A DNA stretch of 64,000 bases from Octopus sinensis (taxonomy: Eukaryota): NCBI RefSeq assembly GCF_006345805.1, contig NC_043019.1, forward strand, positions 28,271,360 to 28,335,359, given 5' to 3'. The position numbers and the translations under genes were made by a program. Under the pieces are notes generated by a model. It was not told where the DNA came from and made no database searches. It saw only the letters and a list, made by a program, of their open reading frames with translations. Below, piece after piece: positions 39,213 through 50,045 of the stretch; positions within the stretch are counted from its first letter, which is position 1, and every line of letters begins with the position of its first letter.

Positions 39213-39909
39213 TATATATATATATATATATATATTCCATGGATCTGTTATTCCTTTGATTTGCTGCAATTTTCGCCTATATTATAGTGAATGTTATGTC
39301 CATTTATATAAAACCGCTCGAAACAGGTGGTAATAAACAGTCGACAACTGAGGAGGAGTTGGACTTTCTTTGGTATTTTGTCCTATGTGTTTACATATTT
39401 ATCACTCATTGGTGATATCCCATACTTAATGTGTATTTTTTTTTTGCATTTGTCCTGTACTTATCTCTGTGTATTTATGTATTTTTCACTCACTGGTGAT
39501 GTCTTGTACTTAATATGTATTTTTAATTTTATATACACACACACGTTACAGGCTGATTTAGGGAGAGGAAAATAAAGAAAGGTAACTCTTCCTACCAAGT
39601 GTGTTAGATTTTGTATTTGGGTTGTTTTAAAGAATAACCAAAAAAGACAGAATATTTGTTTGATAATTATACAATCATTTGAACAGAAATTAGCAGAGCT
39701 GTATTAAATGCTGTAATTAACAGTGGCTCTCTTGCATTTCTCCTTGGTCTGGCAATGGCCAAGTCCTAATGTTATTAGATTTAAGAGGTTTCAACTGGTG
39801 TTATAAAATAGTCATGTTTTTGTTTAAAATAAACTTTGTTCAATTGGATATATGAGCATATCATAGAAAGGAAGTATTTAATTGTGTTTTTCTTTTTCAT
39901 TTTCTCTAG

Positions 39910-40008
39910 CGTGGCAATCTTCCGTTACATCATGCTGCCATGAAAGGTCACACTGCAATTATCGATATTTTGATGGAAAATGGTTCAGAAATAAACGTCC
40001 AAGATAAG
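39910..40008 (+). CDS. Ankyrin-repeat protein, coding exon 3 (RGNLPLHHAAMKGHTAIIDILMENGSEINVQDK)
   Basis: tttctctag acceptor, GTTTGT donor, exactly 99 nt (33 aa), a canonical ankyrin repeat. Confidence 0.95.
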
Positions 40009-40589
40009 GTTTGTAATTATCCTAGAATTGTTTGTTATTCAGAGTCTTTTATGCCTCCAGGACTGTAGTCCTCAAATGGAGAGTCCACGACAAAATTTTC
40101 TAAGTTCCACCAAAAAAAAAAAACAAAACCATCAGCCATTTTGCAGTAGTATTAAACAATAAGGTTTGTTACTAAGGGTGGATTCCATGAAGGCTTATGG
40201 CTCAGTGGTTAAGGTTTTTAGCTGAAGATTGTAAGGGTGTGAATTTGATACCCTGCAGTGCCTTATGTTCTTGAGCAAGACATATTTTACATTACTCCAG
40301 TCTTGTTTATTGTTGTTTAACCTCTGCTTTCCATGCTGGCATGGGTTGGACGGTTTGACTGAGAACTAGCAAGCTGGGAGGCTGCACCAGGCACCAATCT
40401 GATCTGGCAAGGTTTCTTATTTCTTTATTGTCCACAAGGGGCTAAACACAGAGGCAAGAAACAAGAACAGGCAAAGGGATTAAGTCAATTACATTGACCC
40501 CAGTGCATAACTGGTATTTATCTGATCTGGCAAGGTTTCTACAGCTGAATGCCCTTCCTAAAATAATTAATTAATAAATATACTTTAAT

Positions 40590-41035
40590 CATCATCATCA
40601 TCATCAACGTTTAACGTCCGCTTTCCATGCTAGCATGGGTTGGACGGTTCAACTGGGGTCTGGCAAGCCCGAAGGCTGCACCAGGCCAGTCAGATCTGGC
40701 AGTGTTTCTACAGTTGGATGCCCTTCCTAACACCAACCACTCCGAGAGTGTAGTGGGTGATTTTATGTGCCACCGACACAGGTGCCAGACGAGGCTGGCG
40801 AACGGCCACGCTCGGATGGTGTTTTTTATTTCCCACCGACACAGGTGCCAGACGAGGCTGGCGAACGGCCACGCTCGGATGGTGTTTTTTATGTGCCACC
40901 GACACAGGTGCCAGACGAGGCTGGCAGACGGCCACGCTCGGATGGTGTTTTTTATATATATATAAAATACTAAATATACTGAACCTGAGACCATAGGGTT
41001 GGGAAGCAAGTTTCTGAACCACACAGCCATGCCTG
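40590..41035 (-). mobile_element. SINE type C with tRNA-like head and three internal 60-bp tandem subunits
   Basis: The subunit gccacgctcggatggtgttttttatgtgccaccgacacaggtgccagacgaggctggcgaacg is repeated at 40768-40950. Confidence 0.85.
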
Positions 41036-41165
41036 CATTATGGAATTCCACATTACTGCAAGAATTTCATGTAACGCATTTCCATAGTGTGGGAGATTCC
41101 AGTATGAGAAAAAGGTGGGCTTATTTTGTTTGTTATTTCAGATTTTTCATTTTTGTGTTTTCCAG

Positions 41166-41264
41166 AATGGTTGGAGTCCTCTTCACTGCGCTGCGTATTG
41201 GTGCCATCTCGAAGCAGCCGAAGCTTTGATTGCCCACGGAGCTGATATCTCGCTTCTCAATAAG
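41166..41264 (+). CDS. Ankyrin-repeat protein, coding exon 4 (NGWSPLHCAAYWCHLEAAEALIAHGADISLLNK)
   Basis: ttttccag acceptor, GTGCTG donor, 99 nt, ankyrin consensus G.SPLH.AA. Confidence 0.95.
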
Positions 41265-41295
41265 GTGCTGATATTTCTTCTAACATATATTCACC

Positions 41296-41572
41296 CACCA
41301 CCAACCACCACCACCACTACTACTACTACTTCTAAACCACCACCAACACCACCACTACAACTACTACTAAACCACCACTACCACCACCACCACTACTACT
41401 AAACCACCACCACCACTACTACTACTACTAAACCACCACCACCACTACTACTACTAAACCACCACTACCACCACCATTACCACTACTACTACTAAACCAC
41501 CACCATCACAACTACTTCTAAACCACCACCACCACCACTACTAAACCACCACCATCACAACTACTTCTAAAC

Positions 41573-41603
<31 letters not shown>

Positions 41604-41722
41604 ACCACTACTACTACTACTAAACCACCACCACCACCACCACTACTACTAAACCACCACTACTACTACTACCACTACTAAACCAACACCACCACTACTA
41701 CTACTACCACCACTACTACTAC
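41296..41722. repeat. (CAC)n(CTA)n-AAA compound tri-nucleotide minisatellite in intron 4
   Basis: Repeated accaccaccactactactactaa units. Confidence 0.9.
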
Positions 41723-42011
41723 AAAGCAGTAAATATTTCAGATATTGAAATACTGTCATGTAATAAAATAATAGATGGAAAAGAGAAATGAGGAGAACTT
41801 CTAACAATGCAGAGGGAGGTAAGTTGTAAAAAAAAATCTTTATATATTTCAGGTGTAAAGGCCTGGCCCTGAGGATTGGTCTTTGTGCCTGAAATATATA
41901 AAGGTTTTTCAAATTTTCTCCCTGTATTGTTAGAAGCTTTCTTCCTTTCCCTTTTCATGTATCATTCTACTTCTTCAATTGAACTATAATGCTCTTGCTG
42001 TCATGTATATA

Positions 42012-42161
42012 TATAATCAAAATAAGCAACAAGAATATCTTCGGTAATTTGGTAAGATCGTTTCACGCTACATCATTTTATTAAACATTTAATAAAATGA
42101 TGTAGCATGAAACGATCGTACCAAATTACCGAAGATATTCTTGTTGCTTATTTTGATTATA
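42012..42161. mobile_element. 150-bp near-perfect hairpin derived from a TA-flanked element end
   Basis: About 74-bp arms (tataatcaaaataagcaacaag...ttattaaa / tttaataa...ttgattata). A single unpaired arm with a different continuation lies at 62964-63040. Confidence 0.8.
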
Positions 42162-42248
42162 ATCACTCCATGGATTTATATGGATAACACCGTACAAAAT
42201 TCTGGTGCATCTAACTTAAGTACCATATTCATTTGAATCTAAATTTTG

Positions 42249-42282
<34 letters not shown>

Positions 42283-42886
42283 CTAATAATATAGGATTAA
42301 AATTTTTTCAGAAAAAGTTTCATCAAAAGTGGCAGCATATTAAAATACCTATAAAGGTTAAAATTATAAACAACTTATAAACAAGGGCAATAGAAAAATT
42401 ATTTCAATGCCAATATGCAGAGAACAGACTTTAAATCATCAATTTGACGATTTAAAGTCTGTTTTCAGCATATTATTATGTTTTGGATAACATTTGCATA
42501 TTTGATTTTAAAGTTATTCTTTATTCTTTTTAAGAGGAAGGGAAAGCTGCAGATGCAGAGAATGTTGAACTGGATTTTGAAAATAGCATGGAAACGTTTT
42601 TATCTAGGAGACATGTTAGCCCCCTTTTTTTAACATAAAGACATGAAATGCCATTAAGCATTTTGTCTGGAATGCTAAGAAGTCTGCCAACTTGTAGCCT
42701 TCAGCAAAGCTAGGAATAATAGCATACAAATATTGTGTTAAAAAAATTAAAATTATCTGCTTCAAGATGTAGTTTTCCAAAAAGAATGAAAATTCCTTTT
42801 TCTTTTTTTTTTTCTTTTTTTTTTTTATTATTATTATTGAATAGTACATATTTTAACTTCAGTTCGTTTCCCGCTTTCTTTTGTAG

Positions 42887-43015
42887 GATGAAAGGTCTGC
42901 TTTACATGAGACTTGTCGGAGTCCTGAAGATGATGAAAGTAAGCTTGGCAAAATAGCCAACCTCTTTATCGCAAAAGGCTCTGATGTTAATGCGAAGAGC
43001 AGCGATGAAGGGGAG
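42887..43015 (+). CDS. Ankyrin-repeat protein, coding exon 5 (DERSALHETCRSPEDDESKLGKIANLFIAKGSDVNAKSSDEGE), repeat with acidic insertions
   Basis: ctttcttttgtag acceptor, GTAAGC donor, 129 nt, phase 0-0. SALH...KGSDVNAK ankyrin motifs. Confidence 0.92.
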
Positions 43016-44867
43016 GTAAGCAAATTGGTAAGAGAAGCACGGTTTCTTGGTCTGCTGCCAACCTAGACGCATGCTTTGCCTCTGGACAATGTCAGCAGGT
43101 AGAAAAGTGCTTTTTGAGCTATGCTTATGTTTAATAAGCTGTCCTTTTTTTTTTTTTAAACATTTTTTTTGTAAATTATTAAATTTAATTTAAGAGTTTT
43201 ACATCCTATAGGCAGAGATGGAGTCAGCTGATTACTAAAAATATTATTAAACTATTGTTGTGATTAATTAGCATGGCTTATAATTTTTTTAATTGTGAAA
43301 TAATAACAATAGACATTATTTTGTCAGTGTCTAAGAGTCAAGTGATATTTCTAGCAAAATGTTAATATTGTTTAATATACAACTGTGTTGTTTTATAGTC
43401 TCAGTGCTTTGCCTTAATACGTTACTCAAACGAATCAAACTAATGCTACAAAGTCTGTTGATTGACTTGTATTGACTGGTATTGACTGGTACTAATCTGT
43501 AGAACTAAGCATTCATAATTAAATCTTTTCTCTCATTTACATATTAACGATATGATTAATATGTACAGAATGTTCAGATGAATTTACTTTAATAACTGGT
43601 TGTTTTCTTCATACGTATAAGTGAAGTGGCAGGCTCCATGGCAACTAACAATTGGTCTGTGTCAGCGAACAGTAAGTACAAAAAGTTCACAAAGTGGAGA
43701 ATAAGTTAGTTTGCTGTGTGGAAAAGGAAAGATCTGACAGCTCAGACTGGGCCCTTCACTGGAGAAGATCTTTTCATCGGGTGAAAGATCCTGTTGAAAG
43801 TGCAAGATCTCTTCTCTTCCTTGCAACAAATTAATATTCTCTGTTTTGGGAAATTTTTGTTCTTCATACATCATAGGATGGAAGGCTTTTTATTTTTCTT
43901 GAAATCTTTATATCTCTATAATATCAAATATGTTGGATGATTATCATCTCAGAAAACTTATCCCTCTTATAATAAATGCCATTGTGTATTTATATATTTC
44001 ATGTCAAGCAAAGAAAGATAATGCCAATGTTGTTGGGGTTATTTCCCTTGATTAATATATTACATGTTTGTGTGTGTGTTAATGTGGCAATTTCATATTT
44101 CATGTAGAGTTTTAAAACTTACAGCAAAAGTGTTACACTTTCTAATTATCTATATAATCAGAATCTGTATTTCTGTTTGTGTCTGTCAGGATATTAGCAA
44201 ACAAGCAGGTTTCCACTAACATACTAACATACTCTTAAACATAAACCCCTTTGCCTAAAATAACTTCTAGTATATTTCTGGGTCCTGGGACCTTCAAAAC
44301 AGAAGAATTCGTTGCTTATTTTAGTAACACAGGAAAAAAATGATTTCCATCTCTTTATAAAGATGTATGAGAATGAGAGAGAATGGGAAGAGACAGTTAC
44401 AAAGAAAAAATTAAATAACAGGAGTTGAAAAGAAAACAAAGTAAAAAGTTGGAAGTGAAAATGAAAACAAAAAAATTCATGACTGCCAGAGATGCATAGA
44501 GAGAGCGAGAAGCATTTTATAAGAGTTACAGCTGCTATCGTAATGATGTGTACAGTCGTGGCCTAAAGTCTGGGACATAGGTCTGAAAATTAGAATTTTT
44601 ATATTAAATACCCAAATATATACATACGTTGTAGGCGCGGGCATGGCTGTGTGGTTAGGGAGCTTGCTTCCTAGCTACATGGTTTCGGGTTCAGTCCCAC
44701 TGTGTGGCACTCTGGGTAGGTGTCTTCCACTATAGCCTCGAGCCGACCGGAGCTTTGTGATTGAATTCGGTAGGTGGAAGTTGCTGCCGTGTGTGTATAT
44801 GTGCGTTTAGCTGCTCAGTGCCTCTCCGAAAGAGAGAGAGGGTTGTATATATTTGAATTGAATTGTA

Positions 44868-45091
44868 TACTCTTTACTCTTTTACTTGTTTCAGTCATTT
44901 GACTGTGGCCATGCTGGAGCACTGCCTTTAGTCGAAGGAATCAACCCCAGGACTTATTCTTTGTGAGCCTAGTACTTATTGTATCGGTCTCTTTTGCCGA
45001 ACTGCTAAGTGACAGGAACGTAAACACACCAGCATCGGTTGTCAAGCGATGTTGGGGGGACAAACACAGACACACAAACATATACACACAC

Positions 45092-45185
<94 letters not shown>

Positions 45186-45394
45186 CATATATATATACAT
45201 ATATATATATACATACATATATATATACATATATATATACGATGGGCTTCTTTCAGTTTCTGTCTACCAAATCCACTCACAAGGCTTTGGTTGGCCCGAG
45301 GCTATAGTACAAGACACTTGCTACACAGTGGGACTGAACCCGGAACCATGTGGTTGGTAAGCAAGCTACTTATCACACAGCCACTCCTGCACCT
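44868..45394 (-). mobile_element. SINE type A with expanded internal (TA)n
   Basis: Type A head and tail flanking about 150 bp of TA repeats. Confidence 0.88.
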
Positions 45395-45878
45395 ATGTGG
45401 GCATAACAATTTTAATTTTTATAAAAATGTTCCAAACTTTAGGCCATGGTTATATATGCAAAATGGTGAGCTGGCAGAATAGTTAGCTGGGCAAAATGCT
45501 TAGCGACATTTTGTCTGTCTTCGTGTTCTGAGTTTGAATTCTGCTTTGCCTTTCATCCTTTCAGGGTTGATGAAATAAGTAGATAGTTTCATCCGAATTC
45601 ATCCAGCAGTTCTTGAGATATCTTGTCCATGAACAAACAAACAAACAAATGAACACAAATGAAAGACTATACTTCCACCTTTGCTAAGGCGGAGGTAATA
45701 AAGCTGAAGTAAAGGGCAAATATATAGCGTATGTGTTTAATTGGCAAAATACGGCCATACCCTAAGTGCTGGGGGCCAATGTAATCAACTTGGCCCCTCC
45801 CTCAAAACTGCTGGCCTTGTGCCAAAACTTGATGCCAATGATGTTTATATGCATGTATACACATACATTTACCTACAC

Positions 45879-46170
45879 CTGAAGATCGGGGATCAGGGGG
45901 TCTCTCCAGGTTGAGATGCTACTTCTCCACATTGAGAGATCACAGTTCCACTATTACAGACATGTGATTTTAGGGAGTCACAAGAAAGAATTGCAAGACA
46001 GATTCTTCAAGCCAAACCAACCAACAGGAGACCTAGGGAGGAGACCAAGAATGAGATGGTTGGATAACATCCCTAGTCTCAGTTGATGATATTTGGGAAT
46101 CCAGCTGGAAAATGCTGTGACAGTCACTTCTGAGGGAACCCTATGGAAGAAGTGCCTGAGGTTATTAGCA
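45879..46170 (+). mobile_element. RTE-clade LINE ORF C-terminal remnant
   Basis: Translates across frameshifts to LQVEMLLLHIERSQ..YRHV...QERIARQILQAKPT.RRPR/GRPRMRWLDNI. A homologous, more decayed piece lies at about 47150-47370. Confidence 0.7.
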
Positions 46171-47533
46171 TGCTCTGTAATCCTTTTCTGTGTGATAGAT
46201 ATGACAAGACAGAGGTGTGGCTGTGTGGTAAGAAATGTGCTTCGCAACCACATGGTTTTAGGTTCAGCCCTACTGCATGCCACCAACGGCAAGTGGCTTC
46301 TACTATAGCCCCAAGTCAATTAAAGCTACGTAAGGGGATTTCATAGTTGGAAACTGAAAGAAGCCAATCATATATTCATATATGTATGTATATATATGTG
46401 TGTGTGTATGAATATGTGTGTGTCTATGTGTTTATGCTTGTCTCTTTCCCCCTTGCTTACAACCGGTGTTGGTTTGTTTACCTCACCATGACATAGTGGC
46501 TCAGTGAAAGAGACCATTAGAACAAGTACTGCACTTTAAAAAATAAGTACTGATATCGAATTGTTCAACTAAAACCTCGTTCCAACGATTGAAACAAGTA
46601 AAAGATAAAAGACATTAGTGGAAGATTCTGCTTGGTTCCTGAGTTATGTATAAAAATGGAAGTTGCCAGCTGTATGAAAGTCATGCATTGGCCAAACATC
46701 TACAACCCTGTAAATTCATTTGACAATGCACTTGCAAAAAGGAGTTATACTTAGCCTTTTGTACACTATACAAGACACACGAAAAAAATAATCTGATAGA
46801 CAATTTGTGATATTTATTAATTTTCATCATCATCATCATCATCATTTAATGCCTATTTTTAAACTGACATGGGTTGAATGGTTTGACAAGAGCTGGCAAG
46901 CTGGAGAGCTGCACCAGGTTCCAGTCCTCTGTTTTGGCATGGTTCCTATGTCCGGATGCCCTTCTTAATGCCAAACCAACCTCTTTACAGAGTGTACTAG
47001 GTGCTTTTAATGTGACAGGTGCTTTTTACATGGCACCAGCACGGTGAATTTTAATCATTGAATTATAATTACCAGTTACTAATTATAATTATTAATGATT
47101 TGATAGATTTAAATAACAATCATTCTCTTTTTGATTGCTATTTCTCTGCATTCAGAGGTCACAGCTCCATTGCTATAGGTATGTGATCAAAATGTTTGCA
47201 GGAAAGAATCGCAAGAGGGATTCTTCAAGCTGTGCTGTAGGAATACACCAAGACCAAGACTGTTGGACAATGTCTATAGACTAAGTTGATCCCACTTGGA
47301 AATCCAGCTGGAATGTGTAATGGCAGTTGCTTCTGATAGGACCCTATGGAAGAAGGGCCATAACCCTCTTAGGATTAGTGGGCAGAGAAGACAGATTGAT
47401 GGGGGTGGATTTGCAATGTTATCAGAGTTATTAATGAATTTAAATTTAATTTTAGATTGAATTTTAGAAAAAATGTTTAGTTCCATCTACAGAGAATTGG
47501 TTTCTAATTAATTTCCTGTTTTCCCAAATTTAG

Positions 47534-47632
47534 GCTGATTTTACTCCTTTGATGTTTGCTGCTTACCATGGACACCCATGTGTTGCTCAAGCCTTGATTA
47601 ATGCCGACTGCGAGATCCAAGCCTATGGGACA
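47534..47632 (+). CDS. Ankyrin-repeat protein, coding exon 6 (ADFTPLMFAAYHGHPCVAQALINADCEIQAYGT)
   Basis: aaatttag acceptor, GTAAGT donor, 99 nt, TPLMFAA..GH motif. Confidence 0.94.
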
Positions 47633-48599
47633 GTAAGTAATTTCTATTTTAGGTGTTGTTGTTGTTGTTGTTATGTCACCTCTGGTCAACTTCAATTGAA
47701 CACAAAGACATTCCAGTCTTGTAATAGGGTTCATTCTCTCCCTCCCTCTCCTCTCTCCCTTTCTTTGCTTCTCTCTCTTCCCACTATGCCCCTCCCTCTC
47801 TCTTCCTGTCTTTCTCCTTTTCTCTCTCTCCTACTCACACATACCCATACACAATCCAGTATCCAATGTCCAGGGTTTTGTCACTCCTGAATGATGAACC
47901 CCTCCCTTGTCTCCTTCCAACACTGTCTGTCTCTGGCCAGTCATGTCCATGTAGGCCACAGGTAGTGGTGAGATCATCTCACCATCTTGTCTTTGGTCAA
48001 CCTCTTGTTCTTGTACATTGTCTTGGTATCCATTCTGTCACCCTGATTGTCCATCTAGTGTCCTTCAGTCACTCTATGTGGCCAGCCCATCTATATTACA
48101 CCCACACATGCACACAGATATTGGCTTTGTTCAGACCCAGAGAAGAGGGAGCTTTGCCAGGTTTAGAATTCTCAAAACACATTCTATGTTAAGATTGTGC
48201 TCTTTCATCAGAAGTTCTAATGAAAGAAGGGATCTTTAATGGTTAAAAAATTTTTTTAATGTTTATGTATTTGTTTAGCAAGATTCTTGATGTGAATTCG
48301 TGTGTTAAAACAGGTACTGTTATATTTCAGGGTGGTCATATTTTTTTGCCAATTAACCATATTCGCTAAACATTTGGTCTTCACTTCACCTTTATTATTA
48401 TTATTTCTGTTTCTTTGACAAAGAAACAAAAGTAATAATAACAAGAGCAGTCAGAGAATGCAATACTCTGCCAAGGCAACACTAGCGTCCTCTCAATGAT
48501 TAGCCAGAGATGATTTTTAAAATGAGAATATCTTAAATAAACTTGACTGCTCTCACAAATGAGAATACTAAAAATGAACCCGACCATTCTCAAAAATTA

Positions 48600-48820
48600 A
48601 GTAAAAAAAAAAAAACAGGAAAAATAATCCAGAATCCTTGTCCAATACCAAATCGATCCCAAAATCTAATCTGTTTGTGCCAGTCATGAGGCCAAACATC
48701 CCTGATAGTTTCATCCGAATTCATCCAGCGGTTCTTGAGATATCTTGTCCATGGACAAACAAACAAATGAACACAAATGAAAGACTATACCTCCACCTTT
48801 GCTAAGGCGGAGGTAATAAA
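48600..48820 (+). mobile_element. Fragment of a (AAAC)n-containing element ending in a hairpin (ctccacctt-tgct-aaggcggag-gtaataa), possibly Helentron/HINE-like
   Basis: A microsatellite followed by a short terminal hairpin. The family assignment is tentative. Confidence 0.4.
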
Positions 48821-48885
48821 GCTGAAGTAAAGGGCAAATATATAGTGTATGTGTTTAATTGGCAAAATATGGCCATACCCTAAGT

Positions 48886-49143
48886 CGACTGCGGGGTCAC
48901 TCCGAAAAGCTCTATCTGCGACGATTTCATCTCAATCGAAGGAGAGGGGCTTTCTCCGTCCGGGTTGCGGATCCGTGGAATATAAGCTGCCAGACAAGAT
49001 AATGAAGATGCCGATGACTGCTCGGTTCAAAGTCTCTCTTGACCAGAAATGGCCTGAACTCTTTGCATGAACACCCTCCCTGTACATAACTACATGGCCT
49101 TGCTTTTTGCTTTTTGAGCCAAAAAATTAACTTAACTTAACTT
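48886..49143 (+). mobile_element. CR1-type LINE 3' end, 5'-truncated, same family as 57321-57855
   Basis: Near-identical to 57594-57855 (gcggggtcactccgaaaagctctatctg...gagccaaaaaattaacttaacttaac). Confidence 0.9.
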
Positions 49144-49251
49144 ATAACAATATAGAATTTTTTTTTCTGTACATTTATATGAAATCTGTTTTGTAGAATC
49201 TTTTCCTGATTATGATTTGTCTTAAGCTAATCTCTTCCCTTTTCAATTCAG

Positions 49252-49350
49252 AATGGTTGGACTGCTTTACACTGGGCAACTGATCGAGACCAAAAGGAAG
49301 TTGTATATTTGTTGTTAGAAGCTGGATGTGATCCTACTGTTAAAGGAGAA
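49252..49350 (+). CDS. Ankyrin-repeat protein, coding exon 7 (NGWTALHWATDRDQKEVVYLLLEAGCDPTVKGE)
   Basis: ttttcaattcag acceptor, GTGAGT donor, 99 nt, GWTALHWA...LLLEAG.D motif. Confidence 0.95.
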
Positions 49351-49592
49351 GTGAGTAGAATCATTTCTGATTCCATATTTATTTTACATCTTGTTTTTCT
49401 GTACTTTTCTTTGTGGCTGGATGTTACCAGCCAGTTGTGTTCTTCATTGTGTCACCATATCTTGGAGTCATCACAGTGATGCTCTTCTTAAAACTCCTTT
49501 ACTCTGTCATGTCATATCCCCACTATAGCAGGAATAGGTTAAACATCATCTCTACCAGATTCCAAGTAAAGCAGTAATAAACAACACACATA

Positions 49593-49762
49593 GCGCAGGA
49601 GTGGCTGTGTGGTAAATAGCTTGCTTACCAACCACATGGTTCCGGGTTCAGTCCCACTGCGTGGCATCTTGGGCAAGTGTCTTCTGCTATAGCCTCGGGC
49701 CGACCAATGCCTTGTGAGTGGATTTGGTAGACGGAAACTGAAAGAAGCCTGTCGTATATATG

Positions 49763-49824
<62 letters not shown>

Positions 49825-50045
49825 ATATGTTTGTGTGTCTGCGTTTGTCCCTCAAGCATTGCTTGACAACCGATGCTGGTGTGTTTACGTCCCCGTCACT
49901 TAGCGGTTCGGCAAAAGAGACCGATAGAATAAGTACTGGGCTTACAAAGAATAAGTCCCGGGGTCGATTTGTTTCAACTAAAGGCGGTGCTCCAGCATGG
50001 CCGCAGTCAAATGACTGAAACAAGTAAAAGAAAGAGTAAAAGAGT
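49593..50045 (+). mobile_element. Octopus tRNA-derived SINE type A (full length, internal (TA)n/(TG)n), representative copy
   Basis: Head with A-box TGGCTGTGTGG and B-box GGTTCAGTCCC; tail acaagtaaaagagtaaaag. Other copies: 309-400(-), 2108-2467(-), 3052-3362(+), 4142-4560(+), 6660-7185(+), 7845-8145(-), 18261-18658(+), 46215-46612(+), 54222-54380(-), 55245-55450(-), 55655-55877(+), 63265-63425(-). Confidence 0.9.

Noticed and set aside
44553-44577. Tc1-like TIR (TA|cagtcgtggcctaaagtctgggaca)
   Set aside because: Isolated, with no partner TIR or coding remnant found nearby.
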